Below are positions 29,868 to 39,463 of a stretch of DNA of 64,000 nucleotides, in pieces (the first letter of the stretch is position 1; each line of letters starts with the position of its first letter). The DNA lies in the NCBI RefSeq assembly GCF_900447535.1, contig NZ_UFXX01000002.1:496561-560560 (forward strand), given 5' to 3'. Below the pieces are notes generated by a model, which saw only the letters and a program-made list of their open reading frames with translations, ran no database searches and had not been told where the DNA came from. Made by a program: the position numbers and the translations under genes. The DNA comes from Dermacoccus nishinomiyaensis (GTDB taxonomy: Bacteria > Actinomycetota > Actinomycetes > Actinomycetales > Dermatophilaceae).

Positions 29868-31358
29868 TTGTCGGATGCGATACGAGCCGTCAGAGTTCTC
29901 CACATGAACGCACCCCATCCGCCCGCTGACGGCGAAGCTCTCAGCAGCGGTCTCAAGCCGCGCCACGTCACGATGATCTCGATCGCCGGCGTCATCGGCG
30001 CCGGCCTCTTCGTCGGCTCGGCCTCGGCGATCAAGCTCGCCGGCCCGTCGGTCCTCATCGCCTACGCGCTGGCCGGGACGCTCGTCGTCCTCGTCATGCG
30101 CATGCTCGGCGAGATGGCGACGGCCAACCCCGACTCCGGCTCGTTCTCCGTCTACGCCGACCGCGCGCTCGGCAAGTGGGCGGGCTTCTCCATCGGGTGG
30201 TTGTACTGGTGGTTCTGGGTGCTCGTCATCCCCGTGGAGGCGACGGCCGGCGCGAAGATCCTCTCGGGCTGGATCGACTGGCCCCAATGGGTGTTCGCTC
30301 TCATCATCACCGCGTTGCTGACGGTGACGAACCTGTTCTCCGTCGCCAACTACGGCGAGTTCGAGTTCTGGTTCGCGCTCATCAAGGTCATCGCCATCGT
30401 CGGGTTCATCGTCCTCGGTGTGCTCGCGATCCTCGGCATCCTTCCCGGCTCGCACGCCTCGGGGCTGCACGGATTCACCGACCACGGCTTCTTCGCCGAC
30501 GGCTGGAGCGGCGTCCTCGCCGCCATGCTGACGACGATGTTCACGTTCATGGGCACCGAGATCGTGACGATCGCCGCGGCCGAGTCGAAGAACCCGGTCG
30601 AGGGCATCCGCAAGGCCGTCAACAGCGTCATCTGGCGCATCTCGCTGTTCTACCTCGGCTCGATCTTCGTGGTCATCGCATTGACGACGTGGAACTCCCC
30701 CTCGTTGCAGAAGAATGGCTCCTACCAGGAGGCGCTCAACAACATGGGTCTGGAGAACCTGGCGAGCGTGCTCGACTTCGTCATCCTGACCGCCGTCGCG
30801 AGCTGCCTCAACTCCGCGCTCTACACCGCGAGTCGCATGGCGTTCAGCCTCGGCCAGCGCGGCGACGCACCCAAGGCGTTCGCGCGCATCAACCGACGCG
30901 GCGTGCCGCAGGTCGCGATCCTCGTCTCCGTCGTCGTCGGCTTCGTCGCCGTGTTCGGCAACTACCTGCTGCCGGAGAAGATCTTCACGTACCTGCTGTC
31001 GACGTCAGGCGCCATCGCGCTCATCGTCTACCTCGTCATCGCCGCGACGCAGCTGCGCTCGCGCGCCGCGATGAACCGCGTCGGCGCACGCCCGGCCGTA
31101 CGCATGTGGGCGTTCCCCGTCCTCACCTACGTGACGATGGCGTTCATCGTCTTCACGATCGTCGCGATGGCGCTGCGCGCCGACCAGCGCCTCAACCTGT
31201 GGCTGACGCTCGGCCTCACCGCCGTCGTCGTCGGCATCGGCATCGCTCGCTACGGCGCGAAGGGCGGCAGCGAGAAAGCGATCCTCGAAGCGGTCGAAGC
31301 GTCGCCGCACGTCGACACCGAGACCAGCGACCTCGCACGCCACGAACGTCACCCGTGA
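29868..31358 (+). CDS. APC-superfamily amino-acid permease (GabP/AroP-like)
   Basis: 12 TM segments and the consensus SIAGVIGAGLFVGS...GEFEFWFALIKV. Confidence 0.88.
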   Translation: MSDAIRAVRVLHMNAPHPPADGEALSSGLKPRHVTMISIAGVIGAGLFVGSASAIKLAGPSVLIAYALAGTLVVLVMRMLGEMATANPDSGSFSVYADRALGKWAGFSIGWLYWWFWVLVIPVEATAGAKILSGWIDWPQWVFALIITALLTVTNLFSVANYGEFEFWFALIKVIAIVGFIVLGVLAILGILPGSHASGLHGFTDHGFFADGWSGVLAAMLTTMFTFMGTEIVTIAAAESKNPVEGIRKAVNSVIWRISLFYLGSIFVVIALTTWNSPSLQKNGSYQEALNNMGLENLASVLDFVILTAVASCLNSALYTASRMAFSLGQRGDAPKAFARINRRGVPQVAILVSVVVGFVAVFGNYLLPEKIFTYLLSTSGAIALIVYLVIAATQLRSRAAMNRVGARPAVRMWAFPVLTYVTMAFIVFTIVAMALRADQRLNLWLTLGLTAVVVGIGIARYGAKGGSEKAILEAVEASPHVDTETSDLARHERHP

Positions 31359-31453
31359 CGCGCGCCTGACCCGAAGCTCGCGCGACGCGCCGCCCACGAC
31401 GATGTGGGCGGCGCGTCGCCATTCGGGCGTCATCGCGGCTCTACACTCACGCC

Positions 31454-32548
31454 ATGGCCTCGACGATCTTCAGCGTGGTCCTGCTCCTGCTCGCCCTCGT
31501 GGCCTTCCTCTACGGGCGCCACCTGCGCCGCGCGGGGCGGAAGCAGGCCGTCCCGGACTCACGGGTCGAGGCGGCCACGACCGGTCGTGCCCGCGCGGGT
31601 GATCTCGACGCATCGGATGACGGTGTAGAAGATGTCGACGCCGACGACAGCGATGATCTCGACTCCGGCGCCTCCCCCGCCCGCGGGTTCCTGCACGCCG
31701 CGCGTCCCGAGGCGCCGAGCACGCGGGCTCGCGCGCGTCTGGCCTACCTCGTCTCTGCGGCCTGCGCGACGCTCGCCGTCATCGTCCTCGCCGTCGCGAG
31801 TTCCGTCGTCGTGCCGACGAAAGAGATCGGTGTCGTGACGACGTTCGGCAAGCCGACGGGCAGCCTCAGCAATGGCTTCCACCTCAAGGCGCCGTGGCAG
31901 AAGGTGACGTACATGGACGCCGCGATCCAGACCGACAGCCACACCGCCGACGACAAGAGCTGCATCAACGTGCGCATCGCCCACCAGGCGACGGCGTGCG
32001 TCGACGCGTCCATCCGCTGGCGTATCCGCCCCGACGCCTCCGACGCGCTGTTCCAGAATTACCGCGAGTTCTCCAGCATCCGCTCGAGCCTCGTCGACCG
32101 GCAGCTCTCCTCGAGCCTCAACAAGGAGTTCGCGTCCTACGACGCCCTCGCCGTCGACGAGAAGGGCAACCCGACGACCCCGACGCTCGCGAAGCTCTCA
32201 GACGACGCGACGAAGGACATGCGCGACCAGATCGGCGACCAGATCGAGGTGCTGTCGGTGATCATCCCGGTCATCAAGCTCGACGACAACACGCAGTCGA
32301 AGGCCAACGCGCTGCTCGCCCAGGTCGCGCAGACGCGCATCGCCGAGCAGGGCGTCAAGACGGCCGAACAGCAGGCGAAGGCCAACGAAGCGCTCGCGAA
32401 GTCGGTGAGCAAGGACCCGAACGTCCTCGTCTCCAAGTGCCTCGACATGGTCGAGGGCGGCAAGGTGACGCTGCCCGCCGGCTTCTCGTGCTGGCCGTCC
32501 TCGGACTCCGCCGTCGTCGTCCCCTCCACCGGCTCCTCGTCGAAGTAA
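31454..32548 (+). CDS. SPFH/band-7 (prohibitin/stomatin-like) membrane protein
   Basis: N-terminal TM segment, then the VVPTKEIGVVTTFGKPTG...GFHLKAPWQKV band-7 core and a coiled-coil C-terminus. Confidence 0.8.
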   Translation: MASTIFSVVLLLLALVAFLYGRHLRRAGRKQAVPDSRVEAATTGRARAGDLDASDDGVEDVDADDSDDLDSGASPARGFLHAARPEAPSTRARARLAYLVSAACATLAVIVLAVASSVVVPTKEIGVVTTFGKPTGSLSNGFHLKAPWQKVTYMDAAIQTDSHTADDKSCINVRIAHQATACVDASIRWRIRPDASDALFQNYREFSSIRSSLVDRQLSSSLNKEFASYDALAVDEKGNPTTPTLAKLSDDATKDMRDQIGDQIEVLSVIIPVIKLDDNTQSKANALLAQVAQTRIAEQGVKTAEQQAKANEALAKSVSKDPNVLVSKCLDMVEGGKVTLPAGFSCWPSSDSAVVVPSTGSSSK

Positions 32549-32572
32549 CCCCCGCCCCCCTGCGATTCTCGT

Positions 32573-32655
32573 CCCCCTTCGCGAATCTCGTCCACATCGG
32601 CGAACGGCGTCCCCCTTCGCGGATCTCGTCCACATCGGCGATTTTCGGCCGCATT
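32573..32655. repeat. Two tandem 38-bp units of the TGTGGAC repeat family, in reverse orientation.
   Basis: cccttcgcgaatctcgtccacatcggcgaacggcgtc / cccttcgcggatctcgtccacatcggcga. Confidence 0.65.
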
Positions 32656-32836
32656 CAACGGACGTTGTGGCGTTGGGGTCGGTGAGCGGCGTTTCAACGC
32701 GTCGGGCGGATTCGTTGTCACAGCGCGAAGCGTCACCCTGACCGCGGACTCGCGCCGCACTGCACCGACCCACGCTTTCACCGATGAGGACGGGGGAAGC
32801 ACGCAGCGCGCCGGGGCGGGCGAGTAGCCTGACACC

Positions 32837-33208
32837 ATGCGTACCTGGGCCATCGCCACCGTCACACCCCTGCTCGTCCTGACCGCGTGCTCCGCCCAGA
32901 CCCACCGCTTCGACACCGCGACGGAACTGCGCAGCGCAGCCGTCAACGCAGGCCTGCACTGCACCGGGTACAACCCGACGACGCCGCCAGCGGGCGCCTC
33001 CAGCTCAGGCGAATGCGTCGGCGGCACCCACGCCATCTTCGTCGTCTACGACGGAGAGAACGCAGCCAAGAAAGCCATCACCGACGCGACCGGCAAACTG
33101 ACGGGCGACGACGCCATCCTCGCCGGCCCCAACTGGTACGTCATGAGCAGCACTTCAGCCCTCGACGGCATCAAGGACTCCATCGGAGGAGACATCAAGA
33201 GCAAGTAG
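32837..33208 (+). CDS. Small lipoprotein of unknown function
   Basis: Signal peptide plus lipobox LLVLTAC. Confidence 0.6.
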   Translation: MRTWAIATVTPLLVLTACSAQTHRFDTATELRSAAVNAGLHCTGYNPTTPPAGASSSGECVGGTHAIFVVYDGENAAKKAITDATGKLTGDDAILAGPNWYVMSSTSALDGIKDSIGGDIKSK

Positions 33209-33355
33209 GCGGCGGCTGAACCCGGACTCGAGACGCGCTTTGCGCGTCAGCGCCAGGGGCAGGGCTCGGCACGCGCTTCGCGTCTCGGAGCCACGGGGAC
33301 TCCGCCATCCTCGCTCCGCTGCGGCGGTTCTCGAATAACAGTGTTCGACAAATGT

Positions 33356-33409
33356 GAATACAGACAGCCACCCGGACGAGAATCATGTCCCGGGTGGCTG
33401 TCTGTATTC
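33356..33409. promoter_or_regulatory. Perfect 20-bp inverted repeat with a 14-nt spacer that contains the integrase start codon. It could be an operator or an RNA hairpin that sequesters the AUG.
   Basis: GAATACAGACAGCCACCCGG acgagaatcATGtc CCGGGTGGCTGTCTGTATTC. Confidence 0.8.
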
Positions 33410-34578
33410 ATCTCGGTGGACGCAAACGCGTCACCGTCTCAGCCAAGAGCGAGAAGGAATGCCGCCAGCGACTCAACGCCAAGATCAGCGACATCATGGA
33501 GCACGGCCTCAAGGTGTCCAACGGCATGACCGTCAAGGCATGGGTCGCCGACTGGCTGCCCCGCTACCAGGCAAAGGTGGCACCCAAGACGTACGCCAAC
33601 GCGAAATCCGCGCTCGACCTCTACGTCACCCCAACGATCGGCAAGAAACGCCTCGACGACCTCACCGCCGGCGACATCCGCGCCGTCCACATGGCCGTGC
33701 GCGCCGCCGGCAACGGCTCATCCACCGCGCTGCGCTGCCACGCCGTCATCAGCTCCATGCTCACCGCAGCCGTCCGCGACGGCATCGACGTACCCCTGCA
33801 AGCACGCGAAGTAGAGCCACCCAAGAAATCCGTCAGCACCCGCGGCGCCATCCCCCTCGACCAAGCCCGCCTCCTACTCGCCAAGGCCAACGCGAGCACC
33901 GGCCGCTCCCGCTGGGTCGCCGCGCTCCTGCAAGGCATGCGCCCCGCCGAAGCTCTCGGCCTCACCTGGGAATGCGTCGACCTCGACAAGGGCACCATCG
34001 ACATCTCATGGCAGCTCCAGACGCTGCGCTACATCGACCGCAAGGACAAGGCTAAGGGCTTCCAGATCCCCGACGGGTACGAAGCGCGCCACCTCACGCG
34101 CGCCTACCACCTCGTCCGGCCCAAGACGCAGGCCGGATGGCGAATCATCCCGATGGTGCCGTGGATGCACGCCGAACTGAAGCACCTGAAGGACACCGCA
34201 ACCTCACCCTTGGGCCTCGTCTGGTGGACCATCGACGACCGCTACGGCACAGCGCTACCCATCCCGATCAGCGACAAGGCCGACCGCGACGCATGGACCG
34301 CGCTCCAGGACGCCGCGAAGGTACGCCACTCGACCGGGCGACACTACGACCTCTACGAAGCGCGCCACACCTGCGCGACACTCCTGCTCGAAGCGAAGGT
34401 CGACCCCAAGATCATCCAAGCGATCATGGGCCACTCCGACATCCTCGTAACCCACGGCTACCAGCACGTCGCCCACGACCTCAGCCTCAAAGCCCTCGAG
34501 GATGTCGCCGCGCAGCTGAAACTTGAGGCGCCGAAAACGCTCGGCGAACTCGCAGGAAGCTCTACGGTGGCGTCATGA
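33385..34578 (+). CDS. Tyrosine-type site-specific integrase (phage integrase family) that appears catalytically intact.
   Basis: N-terminal SAM-like core-binding domain. C-terminal ...EARHTCATLLLEAKVDPKIIQAIMGHSDILVTHGYQHV, with an R..HxxR..H..Y pattern. Confidence 0.88.
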   Translation: MSRVAVCIHLGGRKRVTVSAKSEKECRQRLNAKISDIMEHGLKVSNGMTVKAWVADWLPRYQAKVAPKTYANAKSALDLYVTPTIGKKRLDDLTAGDIRAVHMAVRAAGNGSSTALRCHAVISSMLTAAVRDGIDVPLQAREVEPPKKSVSTRGAIPLDQARLLLAKANASTGRSRWVAALLQGMRPAEALGLTWECVDLDKGTIDISWQLQTLRYIDRKDKAKGFQIPDGYEARHLTRAYHLVRPKTQAGWRIIPMVPWMHAELKHLKDTATSPLGLVWWTIDDRYGTALPIPISDKADRDAWTALQDAAKVRHSTGRHYDLYEARHTCATLLLEAKVDPKIIQAIMGHSDILVTHGYQHVAHDLSLKALEDVAAQLKLEAPKTLGELAGSSTVAS

Positions 34579-35072
34579 CCAAGCGCCTCGCCATGCTCGC
34601 CCTGCCCCTGCTCGCCCTCACCGCATGCTCGAGCGGATCGGGTGACGCGACCAAGACCGTCACCGTCAGCGCGACACCGTCGTCATCGGGCAGTTCCGAC
34701 GCGAGCGAGAGCGTGGGCGGGTCGAGCGAGGCCGGGTACCCGACCCCGCCCGCCGACGCGACCCCGACTGAGCCGACCGGCCTCAGGTCCAACATCACTG
34801 CCGACCAGCGCGACAAAGCGATGTCGTTCCGCAACACGATGAACGTCGTGGTGCCCAAGTCCTACGGGCTGTCCGACACGGAACTGATCGGCCTCGCCGC
34901 ATACGTCTGCTCTCAGCGTCAAATCGGCCAGCCGGAAAGCCTTGTGATGCTCGCCATCCCAGGCGTCATCCAGCGCACCGCGCCAGGTCAGCCGACGTGG
35001 GATCAGCAGGACTCCAAGCAGGCCGTCTACAAGGCGGAAGCCGTCTACTGCGAGGACTACCTCGCGTCGTGA
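34575..35072 (+). CDS. DUF732-like secreted lipoprotein
   Basis: Lipobox LALTAC, a Ser/Gly/Thr-rich linker, and a C-terminal domain with conserved Cys (YVCSQ...VYCEDY). Its start overlaps the integrase stop. Confidence 0.6.
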   Translation: MTKRLAMLALPLLALTACSSGSGDATKTVTVSATPSSSGSSDASESVGGSSEAGYPTPPADATPTEPTGLRSNITADQRDKAMSFRNTMNVVVPKSYGLSDTELIGLAAYVCSQRQIGQPESLVMLAIPGVIQRTAPGQPTWDQQDSKQAVYKAEAVYCEDYLAS

Positions 35073-35256
35073 CCCAACCACCAGCGCCCCCGACCATCCG
35101 GCCGGGGGCGCTTTCGTGTCTCCATGTCGCTATCGCAACGTCACGCGGCCTCGTGGGCGCGGCGACGTTGGGCGCGTTCGCGGCGATGCGTGACGCGACG
35201 GCGACCGTTACCTCCTCGTCACCCAAGGCCACGATCGAGGGCTCTACGATCGGGGC

Positions 35257-35748
35257 ATGACTGAATCGCAGCCACACGGCGCCTCTGTCCCGCAGAACGG
35301 GTACGCGCCCCAGTATCAGCAGTACCAGCCGGAGCCGCCCAAGAAGAAGCGCGGGCGCGGATGCCTGTGGATGATCCTCGGCGCGCTCCTGCTGGTGGTT
35401 CTCATCATCGTCGGCACCATGGCCCTTATCGGCGGGGCTGCGAAGAAGGTCGACGACGACATGCACGCCAAGCACTCGGTGACGTTCAAGGTGACGGGCG
35501 GCTCGAAGGCCGACATCACCTACACCTCTGACACCAATGCTTCTACGGCGCAGGAGAACGCAGCGAAGTTGCCGTGGTCCAAGACGCTCAACGTCGAAGG
35601 CATGACGTCCGGCATGAACATCTCGGCGCAGAACGGCATGGACGGCGCATCGGGGAAGATCACCTGCGAGGTCATCGTCGACGGCAAAAGCGTCAAGACG
35701 AACACCTCCAGCGGCCAGGGCGCTATCGCCAGCTGCGCCGCCCCCTGA
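35257..35748 (+). CDS. Small membrane protein with an N-terminal TM segment and a C-terminal extracytoplasmic beta-domain, possibly MmpS-like.
   Basis: A Q/Y/P-rich N-terminus, then KKKRGRGCLWMILGALLLVVLIIVGT as a TM segment, then ...ITCEVIVDGKSV...AIASC. Confidence 0.5.
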   Translation: MTESQPHGASVPQNGYAPQYQQYQPEPPKKKRGRGCLWMILGALLLVVLIIVGTMALIGGAAKKVDDDMHAKHSVTFKVTGGSKADITYTSDTNASTAQENAAKLPWSKTLNVEGMTSGMNISAQNGMDGASGKITCEVIVDGKSVKTNTSSGQGAIASCAAP

Positions 35749-36010
35749 TCCTCACCCCCTCCGCCCACCAACGCCCCCGACCTCACCTCGAGGTCGGGGG
35801 CGTTTCTGCGTCTTAGGCGGCCTTGTGGCACATTCTCCACGCGACGACCATGACGAGTGTGACGTCGAGCTCCTTCGCCAAGGCGCGCGGGTCGTGACCG
35901 ACGATGCGCTCGGCGCGACGGTAGGCGTCCTCGCTGATCAGTAGCTTCGCGGCGTACATGTTGGCGCTGCGCTCCTGCGCCAGAAACGCAGGAAGCCGAG
36001 ACGGTAAAAA

Positions 36011-36037
36011 TCCGTCTCGGCTATCCCTTGGCTATCC
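36011..36037. terminator. Perfect 10-bp stem with a 7-nt loop immediately 3' of tRNA-Ala.
   Basis: GCCGAGACGG taaaaat CCGTCTCGGC. Confidence 0.5.
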
Positions 36038-36056
36038 TCGTGTTCAGGATTCCTTG

Positions 36057-36129
36057 TGGAGCTATGGGGATTCGAACCCCAGACCTTCTCATTGCGAACG
36101 AGACGCGCTACCAACTGCGCCATAGCCCC
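36057..36129 (-). tRNA. tRNA-Ala (anticodon CGC)
   Basis: Reverse complement GGGGCTATGGCGCAGTTGGTAGCGCGTCTCGTTCGCAATGAGAAGGTCTGGGGTTCGAATCCCCATAGCTCCA. G3:U70 Ala identity pair, anticodon loop TTCGCAA, T-loop GGTTCGAATCC. Confidence 0.85.
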
Positions 36130-36393
36130 GTGAAGCGAGAGATACGTTACCACCAAGCGGCGCACAGACCAACACGAGGCGCCCCAATCGGCCGTCACCC
36201 ACCCTGCTCGCCGGGCCCGGCGACCCACGCACGGCTCCCTGCTCCCTCCACGACCCCACCAGCAGAAACGCTCCTTCGTGCCACCGAAAGCACACGTGCA
36301 ACCCGTCACACCGGAAACGCACCCTCAGATACACGAAGACGGCGGGCGCCCCGTGGGCACCCGCCGTCCGTCGTCAAAGCCTCGCGTGCGGCC

Positions 36394-37428
36394 TCAGCCG
36401 GCGCGGTAGACCTGCGGAAGCTCTTCGTAGTCCTCGTCGAGCGCCATGCCGTCGAACGGCAGATCCTCGACGGGCGTGTTCTCGTACCGCGCGGCGAGCG
36501 GGCGCGTATCAACCTCGTCGACGGTCGCCGCCGGCTCGACAGGTTCACGCTCGGCCTTCGCCTTCATCGTGTACGTCGGGCGCGGCACGTCGACGGGCGC
36601 CCATGCCGCAGCGTCGAACACCTCGGCCTGCGCACGCGCCACGGCGTCCACGTCAGGCTCGACGTCGACGGCCGGCTCGGCGTCGACGTCGCGCTCCGGC
36701 AGCTGCGCGACGAGCGGCGACCGCTTCGTCATCGGCACCGCGGTCTCAGCCCCCTCGACCTCGACGCGGGTGGCGCCCACAGTGGCGCTCGAACGCGCGG
36801 GCGACGCGGCGCGCGCCGGAGCTGAGACGCCCACCGGGCGCACCGTGGTCGACGCTGCCTTGGCCGTCCGCGCTGCGATCGCCGAGCGGCGCAGCCACAC
36901 GACGACACCGGCCGTGGCCAGCAGGCCGAGCAACGGCAGCCCCGCCGGCACGAGCGTCAGCAGAGCGAGCAGCGCCGTCACGACGAAGAAACCGAACGAT
37001 CCGAGCAGGGCAAACAGCTTGACCTTCGGCGACTCGAGAGCCGCCGGCACGCGGGCAAGGCCCTGCGCCGCGCCCTGAAGACGAGCGGGCACCCGCGTCG
37101 TCGTCACCTCGGCGCGCTCAGCGGTCGACGCGTGCGCGTCACCCTCGGGGGCGCCGTGCGTCACGCGCGAAGCACCCTTGACGCTGACCTGAGGGCGCAG
37201 GATCGTGCGCGACGGCTCGTCGGCGCGCGCCGAGACGTCAGCCTGGATCGGGGTACGGCGTTCGAGCATCCTCATCGCCTCCGAGAATCGATCGACGGTG
37301 CGCGCGGTCGCGAGATCCTCGCGGCGGCGCACCCAGTGCTTGAGCATGTAGGCAGCCCACACGGCAATGATGACGAAGAAGATCAGGCTGCTGGCACTCA
37401 CGCACACCAGGCTAGGGCGCGGCGGCAT
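36394..37428 (-). CDS. Conserved actinobacterial membrane protein, a positional equivalent of Rv0996. It has an N-terminal TM segment plus a second TM pair and an Ala-rich C-terminal region.
   Basis: Start chosen at MPPRPSLVCVSASSLIFFVIIAVWAAYML (ATG about 37428). The longer ORF to 37833 is rejected because its extra codons come from the poly-G tract (poly-Pro). Confidence 0.6.
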   Translation of the reverse strand: MPPRPSLVCVSASSLIFFVIIAVWAAYMLKHWVRRREDLATARTVDRFSEAMRMLERRTPIQADVSARADEPSRTILRPQVSVKGASRVTHGAPEGDAHASTAERAEVTTTRVPARLQGAAQGLARVPAALESPKVKLFALLGSFGFFVVTALLALLTLVPAGLPLLGLLATAGVVVWLRRSAIAARTAKAASTTVRPVGVSAPARAASPARSSATVGATRVEVEGAETAVPMTKRSPLVAQLPERDVDAEPAVDVEPDVDAVARAQAEVFDAAAWAPVDVPRPTYTMKAKAEREPVEPAATVDEVDTRPLAARYENTPVEDLPFDGMALDEDYEELPQVYRAG

Positions 37429-37508
37429 GACAACGAGTGAGCCACGCCGCGCGTGTCGCGCAAAAAATCTTCGCTGCGTGGGGTAACAATGCCCCGCCGC
37501 CGGCGGAC

Positions 37509-37549
<41 letters not shown>

Positions 37550-37626
37550 CGTCGGCGCCGATCGTCGATGCGCACGGGCGCGGTCAGCTCCGACGCGCGG
37601 ATGGCGGAGCATCGGCGAATGTGGAC

Positions 37627-37720
37627 GAAGATCGCAGTTGTGGACATGAATCGCCGATGTGGATGCCGTTCGCCGACGTGGACGTGAATCGCAGTTGGGT
37701 ACGGGCCACGTCGAGGTGGG
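37627..37720. repeat. Four to five tandem 19-bp units of the TGTGGAC repeat family.
   Basis: TGTGGACGAAGATCGCAGT / TGTGGACATGAATCGCCGA / TGTGGATGCCGTTCGCCGA / CGTGGACGTGAATCGCAGT. Confidence 0.65.
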
Positions 37721-37866
37721 TTTCGACGGCGCTGTTCAGCGGTTCGAGGGGGCAGACGGGTTCGGAGGTCCGAAAGGTCAGACGGGGTCGGGGGCCAGAG
37801 GGGGTCGGGGTCCGAGGAGTCAGGCAGGCTCAAGGCGGGTCAGACGGGGTCGATGCGTCCGAGGCG

Positions 37867-38514
37867 CTATGGCGAGTCGACAGTGTCAACAGTGTCGACG
37901 GAGCCTGATCGCTCGAGATTCTCCACACGCTGCACGAGCGTGCCGTCGACCTCGTGGCGCAGCAGTGCGAACGTGCGGTGGTCGCGCCACGCGCCGTCGA
38001 TGTGGAGGAACCCGCGGCGCACGCCTTCGTCACGCCAGCCGAGTTTTTCGACGACGCGCAGCGAGTTCGCGTTGTCGGGGCGCACGTTGATCTCGAGGCG
38101 GTGCAAGCGCTCCACACCGAACGCGTGGTCGGCGGCCATCGCGACGGCCATGGGCGTCAGGCCGTGCCCGGCGAAGCGTTCACCGATCCAGTAGCCGATC
38201 GTGCCGCCCTGCTGCGCCCCACGCACGATCGTGAAGATGTGCACCTGCCCGGCCAGGGCACCGTTCCACGTCATCGCCCACGGCAACAACCGACCCGCGC
38301 GTGCCTCCGCGTTCTGCTCCTTGACGGCCGCCTTGAAGCCCAGCGCCGGCTCGGGGTAGGGGTTCGTCGAATCCCAGGGGCCCGTCCACCTGCGGTTCGC
38401 GGCGCGCAGCGCACTCCACTCCTGCAGATCCCGACGGGGATGCAACGGACGCAACCCCAGCTCACCGCCGCGATAGCGCCGCCGCAGCGTGACGGGCCAC
38501 GTGCCCGGACCCAT
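37867..38514 (-). CDS. GNAT family N-acetyltransferase, RimJ/RimL-like
   Basis: ...FTIVRGAQQGGTIGYWIGERFAGHGLTPMAVAMAADHAFGVERLHRLEINVRPDNANSLRVVEKLGW. The start was chosen at MGPGTW (ATG 38514), which overlaps the mog stop. Confidence 0.82.
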   Translation of the reverse strand: MGPGTWPVTLRRRYRGGELGLRPLHPRRDLQEWSALRAANRRWTGPWDSTNPYPEPALGFKAAVKEQNAEARAGRLLPWAMTWNGALAGQVHIFTIVRGAQQGGTIGYWIGERFAGHGLTPMAVAMAADHAFGVERLHRLEINVRPDNANSLRVVEKLGWRDEGVRRGFLHIDGAWRDHRTFALLRHEVDGTLVQRVENLERSGSVDTVDTVDSP

Positions 38515-39002
38515 CAGTGCGAGCCTCCGTCGAGCTGCGCCATGACGTGCTCGAGGATGCCGTCGAGCACGTCGAGACCGTCGGCCACTCCCCCACGCGA
38601 GCCAGGCAGGTTCACGACGAACGCGCGCCCCGCGGCGCCGTCCGCGATGCCGGCGAGCCCACGCGAAAGGACGGCCGTCGCCACCCCTGCGGCCACACCC
38701 TTCGTACGCAGCGCCTCCTCGACGCCGCTGAGCTGCATCGTGAGGTACGGCCGCGTCTGCTCCGGCGTCGCGTCGCTCGGCGAGACGCCCGTCCCGCCGG
38801 TCGTGACGACGACGCGGCACCCGAGCGCGAGCGCGTCACCGAGCGCGTCGCCCACCGCCGGCCCGTCGGCGACGAGTCGCGCGTCGACCGTCCACCCCCG
38901 CTCACGTAGCCATGCCGCGATGACGGGCCCGGTCGCGTCGGTGTAGATCCCCTGCGCGGCTCGCGTCGAGCACGTGACGACGGCGGCGCGCCGTTCACTC
39001 AT
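38514..39002 (-). CDS. moaB: Molybdopterin adenylyltransferase / molybdenum cofactor biosynthesis protein B (MogA/MoaB)
   Basis: AAVVTCSTRAA...GTGVSPSD...GG motif pattern of MoaB/MogA. Confidence 0.8.
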   Translation of the reverse strand: MSERRAAVVTCSTRAAQGIYTDATGPVIAAWLRERGWTVDARLVADGPAVGDALGDALALGCRVVVTTGGTGVSPSDATPEQTRPYLTMQLSGVEEALRTKGVAAGVATAVLSRGLAGIADGAAGRAFVVNLPGSRGGVADGLDVLDGILEHVMAQLDGGSH

Positions 39003-39462
39003 GCCAGTCACCGCTGCGCCCACCCGACTTCGCCGTGACGCGCACGTCGGTGATGCGTGCGTGCTTGTCGACGGCCTTGACCATGTCGATGAGCGCGAGC
39101 GCCGCGACGCTCACACAGGTCAGCGCTTCCATCTCGATGCCGGTGCGATCGGCGGTGACGACGGTGGCGCGGATGTCGACGCCGTCGTCGGTGACGTCGA
39201 GGTCGACCTCGACACCGTGCACCGCGATCGGGTGGGCGAGCGGAATGAGGTCAGGGGTGCGTTTGGCCGCCTGCAACCCCGCGATGCGTGCGACGGCGAG
39301 GGCGTCGCCCTTGGGCACGTCACCGTCACGCAGCGCCGCCACGGCGCGCTCGCTCAGCAGCACGCGCCCCGCCGCCGACGCCGAACGTCGCGTCACGGCC
39401 TTCGCCGCGACGTCGACCATGTGCGCGCTGCCGTCACCACGCACGTGGGTGAGGTCGCTCAT
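38995..39462 (-). CDS. moaC: Cyclic pyranopterin monophosphate synthase accessory protein MoaC
   Basis: MSDLTHVRGDGSAHMVDVAAKAVTRR...KGDALAVARIAG...DMVKAVDK. Start chosen at ATG 39462. Confidence 0.88.
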   Translation of the reverse strand: MSDLTHVRGDGSAHMVDVAAKAVTRRSASAAGRVLLSERAVAALRDGDVPKGDALAVARIAGLQAAKRTPDLIPLAHPIAVHGVEVDLDVTDDGVDIRATVVTADRTGIEMEALTCVSVAALALIDMVKAVDKHARITDVRVTAKSGGRSGDWHE

Positions 39463-39463
39463 G

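Noticed and set aside
27969-30485. 838-aa minus-strand ORF.
   Set aside because: It is antisense to pmt and the amino-acid permease. It is an extremely Arg/Asp/Gly-rich low-complexity translation.
33385-36129. Prophage at tRNA-Ala.
   Set aside because: Only an integrase plus two envelope-protein genes are present. There are no capsid, tail, terminase, repressor or replication genes, so this is a minimal integrative islet or remnant rather than a prophage.
37627-37720. Possible CRISPR array.
   Set aside because: The 19-bp units are directly tandem and degenerate with no unique spacers, and there are no cas genes. I call this a VNTR/MIRU-like tandem repeat, not CRISPR.
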